The notes beneath the pieces are model-generated. The model was given only the letters and a program-made list of their open reading frames with translations. It was not told the DNA's origin and did not search any database. 42,060 nt of DNA from a virus. Positions 24,067 through 30,853 of the stretch are shown here, piece after piece. Both the position numbers and the translations under genes were made by a program. Position 1 is the stretch's first letter; every line of letters starts with the position of its first letter. Location of the stretch: the IMG/VR virus record IMGVR_UViG_3300009537_000052, one strand, 5' to 3'.

Positions 24067-24293
24067 CGCCCCTCGCCCCCCTGGCCAGCCTCGTCCAGCG
24101 CCGGGTACAGGTCCTCGGGGCGCACGCGGCAGACCCGGAAGCGAAAGCCGCAGGCGTGACACCGCGCGGCCGACTCCAGGCTGAGACCTCGGCTCACCGA
24201 CACGACGCGGAACAGGTGCCCGGCAGAAACCTCTCCCAGCTCGTTCGAGAAGACGCGGGTCGACCGCACGAGACGCCCCACCCACTGGCGCAT
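24063..24293 (-). CDS. Hypothetical small protein (76 aa; alternative GTG start at 24308)
   Basis: MRQWVGRLVRSTRVFSNELGEVSAGHLFRVVSV.... Its stop overlaps the next ATG. Confidence 0.45.
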   Translation of the reverse strand: MRQWVGRLVRSTRVFSNELGEVSAGHLFRVVSVSRGLSLESAARCHACGFRFRVCRVRPEDLYPALDEAGQGGEGR

Positions 24294-24301
24294 CGGTAGC
24301 T

Positions 24302-24601
24302 TCAGCACGCGCTCCCCCTCCCAGGCTCGCCCGCGTTTCCCGCGGCAGCGTTGAGCAGCCCGGCGATCTCGATGAGGCGCTTCGGCCCGATCCCGGGCAG
24401 CGGCCCCTGGGCAACGCCACCGAGCTCGCGCACCCGGAGCGACTGCGGCACCCCGGCGCGGGTCAGGTAGCGGGCGAGCTCGTACCAGCGCGAGCGCTCG
24501 AGCGCGGTCGGCCGGGGCTCCAGGAGCTCGCCGATGGTCGTCGCCGGCGTGACGGGGCGCCCGTCCTCCACCGCCCCCGGGGGATTGCGCATCTCGGTCA
24601 C
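24302..24601 (-). CDS. Small helix-hairpin-helix protein (99 aa)
   Basis: The GTG at 24601 overlaps the upstream stop (GTGA). GPLPGIGPKRLIEIAGLL is an HhH motif. Confidence 0.6.
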   Translation of the reverse strand: MTEMRNPPGAVEDGRPVTPATTIGELLEPRPTALERSRWYELARYLTRAGVPQSLRVRELGGVAQGPLPGIGPKRLIEIAGLLNAAAGNAGEPGRGSAC

Positions 24602-24978
24602 GGCTCCTGGGCCTCTGCGTCCGGGCTCGCGGCGACCGGAACAGCCGGCCCCTCGGTCGGCGGCGCCTCACCGAAGAAGTGAAGTTGGGTCCCGCGGATC
24701 TGGATCGCGGCCTCGAGGTCCAGGGCGACCCGCAGGCACGCGGCCACGTGCGCGGAGAAGCTGGAGAGCGAGCGCGTCCCCTTCAGCGCCGTGCACGACT
24801 CGCAGAACGCGACGAGCGCGTCCGTGCGGGGGGCTCCCTCCGGGAGCGGTGTCCGATCGTCCTCGACGACGGCGAACGTGAACGGGTCCATGTCGGCGCC
24901 GCAGCAGAAGCAGTCGCCGCCACTCTCCGCCCAAACGCGGGCGCGCTCGTGCGTGGTGATGCGCCGACGCTTCGCCAT
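24598..24978 (-). CDS. HNH-like protein with substituted catalytic residues (126 aa)
   Basis: RARVWAESGGDCFCCG and ALVAFCESCTALKG align by eye with HNH blocks. The position that normally holds D-H reads ED, and the CN position reads CT. Confidence 0.5.
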   Translation of the reverse strand: MAKRRRITTHERARVWAESGGDCFCCGADMDPFTFAVVEDDRTPLPEGAPRTDALVAFCESCTALKGTRSLSSFSAHVAACLRVALDLEAAIQIRGTQLHFFGEAPPTEGPAVPVAASPDAEAQEP

Positions 24979-24981
24979 CGA

Positions 24982-25251
24982 TCAGCCCCCGGGGCCTCGC
25001 GGCGCCGGATCCGGGCGAGGGCCACCGGGCGCGGCGCCGGCGAGGTCGTCCGCGCGCACGGAGCTCGCGCCGGCGACCAACGACAGCCGCTGCTCATCGA
25101 ACCACTGCGCCTCGATCGGCTTCCCGTCGTGCAGCTCCGTCGCCTCGACGCCGTACCGGGCGCATCCATGCACCCATTCGGTCCGGGCGACGGCGACCCC
25201 CTCGAAGCCCGTGACGGTGTCTCGAACCCGCGAACCCAGCCTGATCCTCAT
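24982..25251 (-). CDS. Small conserved phage protein (89 aa)
   Basis: The ATG at 25251 overlaps the methyltransferase stop (ATGA). MRIRLGSRVRDTVTGFEGVAVARTEWVHGCARYGV...KPIEAQWFDEQRL is a pattern I recognise from many phages. Confidence 0.65.
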   Translation of the reverse strand: MRIRLGSRVRDTVTGFEGVAVARTEWVHGCARYGVEATELHDGKPIEAQWFDEQRLSLVAGASSVRADDLAGAAPGGPRPDPAPRGPGG

Positions 25252-26195
25252 GCTTGCCTCCAGAACATCGGCCACCGGGATCGGAGACCGTCAACGGCCG
25301 ACGGCGAGAGCCACAGGCTCTCCGTCGCCCCTCCGCCCCTCAGCGTCTGCGTCCGCTTGTCGGCGCGTGCCCAATCGGCGTAGAGCCGATCGTAGAGCTC
25401 GCTTCGGTAGCCCGAGAGCACGACCATGCCCCGCACCCGGTGGAGGGTCTCCGCGAGCTCCTCGTGCTCCTCAGCCGTCCCGAGCTCGTGCTTGTAGGCG
25501 TCGCGCCCCCATCGGTGCGACCTGGTGGTCTTGGGGTACGGCGGGTCGACGTAGAAGCACGTGTGGGGCGTGTCGAAGCGGGCGATCACCTCGAGCGCCG
25601 GGGAGCACTCGAGCTGCACCGTGCGAAGCCGCGCGACGATCGCCCAGAGGTGCTCGACGTCGGCAAACTCGTGCGCGGCCGTCGTCTTTCTCGACGTGCC
25701 TTTGCAGTGGCGCCATCCCGATTTGTTGGGCCGCAGACCGGCGTGGAAGGCCTGCCAGCAGCACACGTAGAGACGACGAGCCGCCTCTAGCTCGTCGCTC
25801 TCCCACAGATCGCCGCGATCGCGCGCCGCCTCGTACTCCGCCCTGGCGAACGGCGTCAACTCGATCGCCCGGACGAGCTCCGCAGTCCTGCGGCGGAGCA
25901 CGCGAAAGAACGACACCAACTCCCGATCGAGGTCGTTGAGCACCTCGGACGGAACAGGCGCCTTTTGGAGGAGCACGCTCGCCGCGCCGGCGAATGGCTC
26001 GACGTAGCAGCCGTGCGGCGGGAGGTGATCGCAGATCCACGGGCCGAGACGCCACTTGCCACCGTAGTAGCGCAGCAGCGGGCGCCGAGGCCGTGGCGTC
26101 GTCGCCAGCATCTCCCCCGGCACGTGCGGAATCGCCGCCACCCCGCACGACTCTCCCGCGGCGCTCGCGCGTAGCGAGGTGGTGAGCTCACCCAT
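25248..26195 (-). CDS. N6-adenine DNA methyltransferase, Dam/D12 class (315 aa)
   Basis: LLRYYGGKWRLGPWICDHLPPHGCYVEPFAGAASVLL is the AdoMet-binding block. VDPPYP is the DPPY catalytic motif. No adjacent restriction endonuclease was recognised. Confidence 0.9.
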   Translation of the reverse strand: MGELTTSLRASAAGESCGVAAIPHVPGEMLATTPRPRRPLLRYYGGKWRLGPWICDHLPPHGCYVEPFAGAASVLLQKAPVPSEVLNDLDRELVSFFRVLRRRTAELVRAIELTPFARAEYEAARDRGDLWESDELEAARRLYVCCWQAFHAGLRPNKSGWRHCKGTSRKTTAAHEFADVEHLWAIVARLRTVQLECSPALEVIARFDTPHTCFYVDPPYPKTTRSHRWGRDAYKHELGTAEEHEELAETLHRVRGMVVLSGYRSELYDRLYADWARADKRTQTLRGGGATESLWLSPSAVDGLRSRWPMFWRQA

Positions 26196-26523
26196 GCGCC
26201 ACCTCCTCCACCTCCTCGTCGATCGGCTGCGCGCGCTCGTCCGACGGCGGCGCGCCGGGGGCCCACTCGCCTCTGTCGAGCCCAATCGTCTTGCGCCGTC
26301 GGGCCTCGAGGTCGAAGACCTCCGCCTCGCACTCACGCGCCGTCATCCGCCGAGCCGCGTACGACGCGAAGCTGACGAGCACGAGGGCGTGGAACGTCGA
26401 CGGGAAGCCGCCGGCGGCGAGCGCCTCGAGGGCGCGCTTCGCCGACGCCGTGACGATGCGCCGCACCTGGCGCGGGTGGCGCGGCAGCGCGTCCGGATCG
26501 CTGGCGATGGCCTTCCGGGGCAT
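26188..26523 (-). CDS. Hypothetical early protein (111 aa)
   Basis: Protein-like composition. Contiguous with its neighbours. Confidence 0.5.
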   Translation of the reverse strand: MPRKAIASDPDALPRHPRQVRRIVTASAKRALEALAAGGFPSTFHALVLVSFASYAARRMTARECEAEVFDLEARRRKTIGLDRGEWAPGAPPSDERAQPIDEEVEEVAHG

Positions 26524-26715
26524 CTACCGACGCCTCCCCTTGATCTGCTCTGCCAGGCGACGTTCGAATCGCCGCGCCAGCTCTGCGCGCCCCATCCGTC
26601 CGCCGAGCGCGCCCTCCTCCATCTCGATCCCGATCTCGGCGAGCTTCTCGGGAAGGTCCTCGAGGCCCTCGATTCGGACCGTGACGTCGTCGGCCACCTT
26701 TCTACCCTCGGGCAC
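26524..26715 (-). CDS. Hypothetical early protein (63 aa)
   Basis: Abuts both neighbours with no gap. Sequence is charged and helical. Confidence 0.5.
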   Translation of the reverse strand: MPEGRKVADDVTVRIEGLEDLPEKLAEIGIEMEEGALGGRMGRAELARRFERRLAEQIKGRRR

Positions 26716-26955
26716 CTACTCCACCTCCGCGCCGACCAGCGAGGGGGCCGAGAGCTCGACGGCGCGGGCGCTGTAGACCATCGTCGCCTCGCCGGTCACC
26801 TCGAACCTCTCGACCGACGAGTCCCCGGGGCCGCGGACGCACACGTGGACGACCCCGCCCTCGGCCAGCATCTCCTGACCCTCGACGTAGCGCCCCGCGG
26901 CCTCCGCGGCGCTCCGTGCCCAGATCAGCGCCAGGGTCGCGTACTCGACCGGCAT
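26716..26955 (-). CDS. Hypothetical early protein (79 aa)
   Basis: Abuts both neighbours with no gap. Confidence 0.5.
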   Translation of the reverse strand: MPVEYATLALIWARSAAEAAGRYVEGQEMLAEGGVVHVCVRGPGDSSVERFEVTGEATMVYSARAVELSAPSLVGAEVE

Positions 26956-27225
26956 CTACGACACCCCCTCTGTGACGAGCGAGCGGCTCTCCTCCTCCGT
27001 CCCCATCAGCGACACGAAACCGACCAGCTCGCGGCGCAGCCCCTCGACCATCTCGACGTCGGCATCCGTCGGCTCCCCGCCGGGCTCCAGCCGGCTGGTG
27101 AGCGAGTAGAAGAGGGCGGCGGCGCCGGCGTAGAAGGCTCGGCGTGTCTCAGCCCGCTGTACCTCTGGCGCGTGTGCGGGGAGGACCTCGCGGGAGTACG
27201 AGAGCCAGTGCTCGTGCAGCGTCAC
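26956..27225 (-). CDS. Hypothetical early protein (89 aa)
   Basis: GTGA overlap at the start. MTLHEHWLSYSREVLPAHAPEVQRAETRRAFYAGAAALFYSL. Confidence 0.55.
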   Translation of the reverse strand: MTLHEHWLSYSREVLPAHAPEVQRAETRRAFYAGAAALFYSLTSRLEPGGEPTDADVEMVEGLRRELVGFVSLMGTEEESRSLVTEGVS

Positions 27226-27434
27226 GGGCGGCCCTCCTCGGACGTGTCCGCGCAGGCCAGCTCAGCGCCCACCAGCGCGAGCGCCATCTCGCCGACGCCG
27301 TCTTCCGAGCCGTCGTCGTCGGCGGCGGCGAGCAGGCGGCGCAGGTTCGCGGCGAGCTCCTCGATCTCCTCCCGCCGAGGGTGCTCGGCGATCGCGCCGG
27401 CGATCATCAGGCGGGTGGCCTCCTCGCGGCTCAT
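27222..27434 (-). CDS. Hypothetical early protein (70 aa), paralogue of 27431..27703
   Basis: ATGA overlap at the start. RREEIEELAANLRRLLAAADDDG...MALALVGAEL. Confidence 0.5.
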   Translation of the reverse strand: MSREEATRLMIAGAIAEHPRREEIEELAANLRRLLAAADDDGSEDGVGEMALALVGAELACADTSEEGRP

Positions 27435-27703
27435 CTCGCAAGCTCCGTCTCTACGGCGGCAGCGTCGGCCTGCTCCCGGAGCTCGAGCGTGACGAGCGTC
27501 AGCGCAGCTCTCGCGACAACCGGGTCGGCGCCGGCGACCAGGTCGGCCACCTCGGCCGCGAGACGGTCGATCTCGGCTCGCCGAGAGTCGCCCGTGAGGA
27601 TCTGCGACAGCAACAGCCGCTGGGCCGAGGGGCGATGGACCTCCCGAAGCCGCGCCAAGACCTGCTCGGCCCGAAGCGGCGGAAAGGCCGCCCCTGCCCT
27701 CAC
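27431..27703 (-). CDS. Hypothetical early protein (90 aa), paralogue of 27222..27434
   Basis: GTGA overlap with the Cro-like stop. SRRAEIDRLAAEVADLVAGADPVVARAALTLVTLEL. Confidence 0.5.
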   Translation of the reverse strand: MRAGAAFPPLRAEQVLARLREVHRPSAQRLLLSQILTGDSRRAEIDRLAAEVADLVAGADPVVARAALTLVTLELREQADAAAVETELAR

Positions 27704-27939
27704 GCCACCTCCTCAGACACCGACTCGACCTGGTCGCCGAAAAGCTCGTCGAGGGTCAGGTCGGGCCAGCGCTGGCGAAAGTGCGCAACGATGGCGTTCG
27801 CCTCGGCGACGTTCCAACGGATCTCGCCGCCGAGCTTCCTCGAAACCGTGGCGGCCGTCAGGCCGAGGACGCGGGCCACTTCTACCTGGGTGACGTCGTG
27901 CTCCCGAAGGAACGATTCGAAGCGGGGCGGGTTACGCAT
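27700..27939 (-). CDS. Cro-like HTH early regulator (79 aa), leaderless or near-leaderless
   Basis: MRNPPRFESFLREHDVTQVEVARVLGLTAATVSRKLGG contains an XRE-type HTH. The ATG at 27939 lies 10 nt downstream of the -10 box, with no SD. The TTG start at 27978 in the track is actually the -35 box. Confidence 0.72.
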   Translation of the reverse strand: MRNPPRFESFLREHDVTQVEVARVLGLTAATVSRKLGGEIRWNVAEANAIVAHFRQRWPDLTLDELFGDQVESVSEEVA

Positions 27940-27946
27940 TGCGTAA
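27932..27946. promoter_or_regulatory. Operator-like perfect 15-bp palindrome TTACGCA-T-TGCGTAA centred on the Cro-like ATG
   Basis: Read directly from the sequence. A related site, TACGC-C-TGCGT, lies at 27954-27964 inside the promoter spacer. Confidence 0.7.
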
Positions 27947-27949
27947 ACA

Positions 27950-27978
27950 ACCATACGCCTGCGTTGCGCATATGTCAA
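27950..27978 (-). promoter_or_regulatory. Early lytic promoter: -35 TTGACA (27978-27973), 17-nt spacer, -10 TATGGT (27955-27950)
   Basis: Read on the minus strand: TTGACA tatgcgcaacgcaggcg TATGGT tgtttacgca ATG. Confidence 0.7.
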
Positions 27979-28031
27979 GTCCCCTACTGCATCCTGTTAC
28001 GGTGACCGCAATCAGGAGGGCTGGCGCCCCC

Positions 28032-28412
28032 GTGGGCTTCGCGGACCGCCTCCGTGCCGCCATGAGGGCGCGAGGGCTCACGCAAGCCCAGGTCGCCGAG
28101 ATCCTGGGCGTCAGCGACGCCGCCGTCAGCCGCTGGTGCACGGGAGACAACGCCCCCGACCTCGCCACACTGGCGCGGCTGAGCGGGATCACCAGAACGC
28201 CCACGGACGACCTTCTCGGCCTCCCTGGCCCGGACGGCATCGCAGCGAAGCAGCTGCGGGCGATCAAGGTGGAGCTGCGCAGCGTTCAGGCCCGCCTCGG
28301 CGTGATCATCGCCGCGAGCGAGTCGGCGCGCGCGGCCGTGGGCGAGGTGCTTGACTCTCAGCATGACGACGGAGCACCCACACCAGGCGATTCCGCCAAG
28401 CGAAAGCGATGA
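28032..28412 (+). CDS. CI-like XRE-family repressor without a peptidase domain (126 aa; alternative starts at 27972 and 28002)
   Basis: It is divergent from the Cro-like gene. AGGAGG lies at 28014-28019. VGFADRLRAAMRARGLTQAQVAEILGVSDAAVSRWCTGDNAPDLATLARL is a canonical HTH N-terminus. Confidence 0.72.
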   Translation: MGFADRLRAAMRARGLTQAQVAEILGVSDAAVSRWCTGDNAPDLATLARLSGITRTPTDDLLGLPGPDGIAAKQLRAIKVELRSVQARLGVIIAASESARAAVGEVLDSQHDDGAPTPGDSAKRKR

Positions 28413-28560
28413 GCGCTCGCCGCAGCGACGCAGTCCCCTCCGGGTCATGGCTTCCATCCCGCTCGAGCAGGTCACTCGCCACCCTCGCGGCCTCCTCGAG
28501 ATCACCCGCGGCAACGGCTGCTCGCACACGCGCCACCATCACGGCCTCTTCGCCATCCAT
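28306..28560 (-). CDS. Hypothetical protein (84 aa), convergent with and overlapping the 3' end of the repressor gene
   Basis: The ATG at 28560 has GGGAGG 6 nt upstream. The first 50 aa are protein-like (MDGEEAVMVARVRAAVAAGDLEEAARVASDLLERDG). The last 35 aa overlap the repressor gene and are Arg/Pro-rich. Confidence 0.35.
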   Translation of the reverse strand: MDGEEAVMVARVRAAVAAGDLEEAARVASDLLERDGSHDPEGTASLRRALIAFAWRNRLVWVLRRHAESQAPRPRPRAPTRSRR

Positions 28561-28644
28561 CCCGCGCCTCCCTTCCTGTGAGGTTCGTGCTCACCCAGGA
28601 GGTGACTCGTTGGGCGCTGGCGTGGCAGAGTAAAGAGCCGAACG

Positions 28645-29028
28645 ATGGGCAAGCCAACCCAGGTCAGCCCCGGCTGCGCGTGCCTCGTCCTTCTCGTCGG
28701 CGCCCTCGGGATCGGTTGGTGCACCTACGTCGCCACTGAGGGCGGCGGCGGGGCCTCGCCGCCAGCCCCGACCCAGGCCGCCCTCGTCGCCCGCTTCCAG
28801 GGGCCAGACGAACCCACCGCCAAGGATGCGTACTGGTCGACCCCCCAGACGTTCCTCGTCGGCGTGCTCGACGACGGTTCAAGCCGCGACGGCTACGCCC
28901 GGTACGTCTGCGAGGTCCTGCGCGAGAACGGGATGGTTACAGGCTACCGAGTCAAGGTCATCGACGCGGCCAAACTCGCGCGGGAGAACAAGCGGGCAGT
29001 GCTCGGAGAGGCACGCTGCGGCCCCTGA
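28645..29028 (+). CDS. Membrane-anchored or exported protein on the lysogeny side (127 aa)
   Basis: MGKPTQVSPGCACLVLLVGALGIGWCTYVA is a hydrophobic N-terminus. The remainder looks globular. Confidence 0.6.
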   Translation: MGKPTQVSPGCACLVLLVGALGIGWCTYVATEGGGGASPPAPTQAALVARFQGPDEPTAKDAYWSTPQTFLVGVLDDGSSRDGYARYVCEVLRENGMVTGYRVKVIDAAKLARENKRAVLGEARCGP

Positions 29029-29048
29029 CTTTCGCCCCACTTTCCCCA

Positions 29049-29077
29049 TTGCGTCCGTAGCGCAAACGCGCTACAAT
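29049..29077 (+). promoter_or_regulatory. Promoter of the accessory operon: -35 TTGCGT, 17-nt spacer, -10 TACAAT, with ATG 6 nt downstream (leaderless)
   Basis: TTGCGT ccgtagcgcaaacgcgc TACAAT gcagtc ATG. There is no SD. Confidence 0.6.
29058..29073. promoter_or_regulatory. Operator-like palindrome TAGCGC-aaac-GCGCTA overlapping the -10 box
   Basis: Read directly from the sequence. It differs from the Cro/CI operator motif. Confidence 0.6.
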
Positions 29078-29083
29078 GCAGTC

Positions 29084-29569
29084 ATGGCAAGGGCGCAGCA
29101 GCTGGGCACGATCACCAGCCTCGACGGCCTCCGCGAGCTCGCGGCCGAAGGCGTCATCTACGTGCGCTATAGCCGCGGGCACCGCGACGACATCCGCCGC
29201 GGCTATTCGCTCAACCACCAAACTCGCACTCGCGAGCCGGGGCTCTCCGCGCAGGCGATCCGCCCCGACGACTGGCAGAGCGGCCCCGGCTGGGTCGCGC
29301 GGCTGCTCGCCGACTACGCGGCCCGGCTCCTCTACGACGCCGACAGCTACGGCTGGGTCTGTCGCGCTCGCCAGGTCGGCACCGACGCTGACGGCTGCCC
29401 GGCCATCACCGACATCATCACCCTCGCCATTCTCGACACCGAGCTCGTCCGTAGGTGCATCGCCTACTCGCGCGCCGTGTACGAGCGCGACCGGACCCAC
29501 CGTGGCGTCAACGACACCCGCCCATGGCCCGCTATCACCGACTACCTTTCCGAAGGAGACGAGAGATGA
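29084..29569 (+). CDS. Accessory operon gene 1, unknown function (161 aa)
   Basis: MARAQQLGTITSLDGLRELAAEGVIYVRYSRGHRDDIRRG...EPGLSAQAI...GWVARLLADY. I recall a vague resemblance to the actinobacterial DUF6098 family (unverified). Confidence 0.65.
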   Translation: MARAQQLGTITSLDGLRELAAEGVIYVRYSRGHRDDIRRGYSLNHQTRTREPGLSAQAIRPDDWQSGPGWVARLLADYAARLLYDADSYGWVCRARQVGTDADGCPAITDIITLAILDTELVRRCIAYSRAVYERDRTHRGVNDTRPWPAITDYLSEGDER

Positions 29570-30189
29570 CCACCTACACCGACCCGATCACCGGCCGCGA
29601 GCGCACCACCGCCGCCGAACACAACCAGGAGGAGAGCATGCCCTACTACATCGCCACCGACGCCGACGGGCTCGCCATATACGGCATCGGCCGCTCGGAG
29701 GACGCCGCCCGCGCCGACGCTGAGACCGGCGAGAGCGACGCCACCTACTACGTCTACCGCGCGACCGAGCGTCTGTACCGGGCGGTCGCCGAGGGCGGTG
29801 GTGCGCCGCAGGATGTCCGCTGGTCGCTGGTTGGCGGCATAGCCGCCGACTACTGCGCCGAGCACGGCATCTGCGATCGCCACACCGCAGACCTCGACGC
29901 CCAGGAGGAGGAGACCATATACGACATCGTCCGAAGCCTCCAAAAGCGTTTCGAGGCCGAGCTGTCACAGCTCACGCCCGGCATGCAAGAGCTCGAAGTC
30001 TCAAGGTGGGAGGACGAGCCGTGGTGGCCACTCGGGCCCCGCGTCGACCCGCGTTCCCTAGCTTGGCGCGTCCCTGGTGGCGGGCTCGTGGAGTTCACGA
30101 GCACCGGCCCAGACCATGGCTTCGTCATCGCGGCCCGACCATCCGCGCCCACGCTGGAGGCCACGCCACGAGCGCGGCGGCAGGCATGA
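29566..30189 (+). CDS. Accessory operon gene 2, unknown function (207 aa)
   Basis: ATGA overlap with gene 1. Acidic, protein-like composition. Confidence 0.6.
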   Translation: MTTYTDPITGRERTTAAEHNQEESMPYYIATDADGLAIYGIGRSEDAARADAETGESDATYYVYRATERLYRAVAEGGGAPQDVRWSLVGGIAADYCAEHGICDRHTADLDAQEEETIYDIVRSLQKRFEAELSQLTPGMQELEVSRWEDEPWWPLGPRVDPRSLAWRVPGGGLVEFTSTGPDHGFVIAARPSAPTLEATPRARRQA

Positions 30190-30368
30190 GCACCCCCACC
30201 AGCATCCGGCTCAGCGACGACGGCGCGGCGATCCTGCTGCGCCTCGTCGCCGAGCTCGGCCTGAGCCGCACCGGCGTCATCGAGCTCGCGCTCCGCGTCC
30301 TCCAGGAGCGCGAGCGCCAAGCCGGCACCCTCCAGCAGCACCCGCCCAAGAGGCGGACGCGGCGATGA
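30186..30368 (+). CDS. Accessory operon gene 3, ribbon-helix-helix (CopG/Arc-like) protein (60 aa)
   Basis: ATGA overlap. MSTPTSIRLSDDGAAILLRLVAELGLSRTGVIELALRVLQE has a strand-helix-helix pattern. Confidence 0.68.
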   Translation: MSTPTSIRLSDDGAAILLRLVAELGLSRTGVIELALRVLQERERQAGTLQQHPPKRRTRR

Positions 30369-30847
30369 TTCGCATCATCAACGACGGCCCCCGCATCGTC
30401 TCCACCGACTACTGGTCGACCGAGCACGCCCGGCGGGGCCTCGTCTACCTCTCCATCAACGCCGGCGCGGTTCGGCTCCTCCTCCCCGACACGATCGCCA
30501 CCGACATCGTCGAAGAGGCGCGGTGCGCCGACAGCGCCGTCGTCTCCCGCGGGCCGTGGGAGGCGGAGGGCGGGCGCGACTCGCTCGAGGTTCTCTTCGA
30601 GGACGGCTCCGACTCCCCCTTCGCACTCCACCTCGACGCGCGCCAGGCCGACCGGCTCTGGCTCCCGGCCGACGATGGCCGCGAGGTCACGCTCTCGCTG
30701 TGGGGGCGCGGCGACGGCGACCGCGCGCGCAAGATCCTCTCGCTGCCCCGCCACTCTGCGCCGTGTCCCCCGGATCCCATGTCTGCGACCAGCAGGAGAC
30801 GACCGATGACCACCGCCCAGAAAGTGGCCAGCCATGGCCACCAGTGA
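30365..30847 (+). CDS. Accessory operon gene 4, unknown function (160 aa)
   Basis: ATGA overlap. MIRIINDGPRIVSTDYWSTEHARRGLVYLSINAGAVRLLLPD. Confidence 0.6.
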   Translation: MIRIINDGPRIVSTDYWSTEHARRGLVYLSINAGAVRLLLPDTIATDIVEEARCADSAVVSRGPWEAEGGRDSLEVLFEDGSDSPFALHLDARQADRLWLPADDGREVTLSLWGRGDGDRARKILSLPRHSAPCPPDPMSATSRRRPMTTAQKVASHGHQ

Positions 30848-30853
30848 GCAGCC

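Noticed and set aside
26179-27492. 437-aa plus-strand ORF across the early region. Similar long ORFs are 37413..39017 (+), 36688..38304 (-), 17304..18344 (-) and 383..1504 (+).
   Set aside because: All are antisense or off-frame relative to protein-like, tightly coupled genes, and all show Arg/Pro/Gly/Ala-dominated low-complexity translations.
27976-27978. TTG start codon of the Cro-like ORF as listed in the track (27700..27978)
   Set aside because: The TTG is the first half of a perfect TTGACA -35 box with a 17-nt spacer and TATGGT -10. The ATG at 27939, downstream of the -10, is the plausible start.
28409-28633. Plus-strand ORF with an ATGA overlap to the repressor stop
   Set aside because: The translation is Ser/Arg/Ala/Pro low-complexity sequence. 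The opposite strand has a better SD and a more protein-like N-terminus. I kept it only as an alternative explanation.
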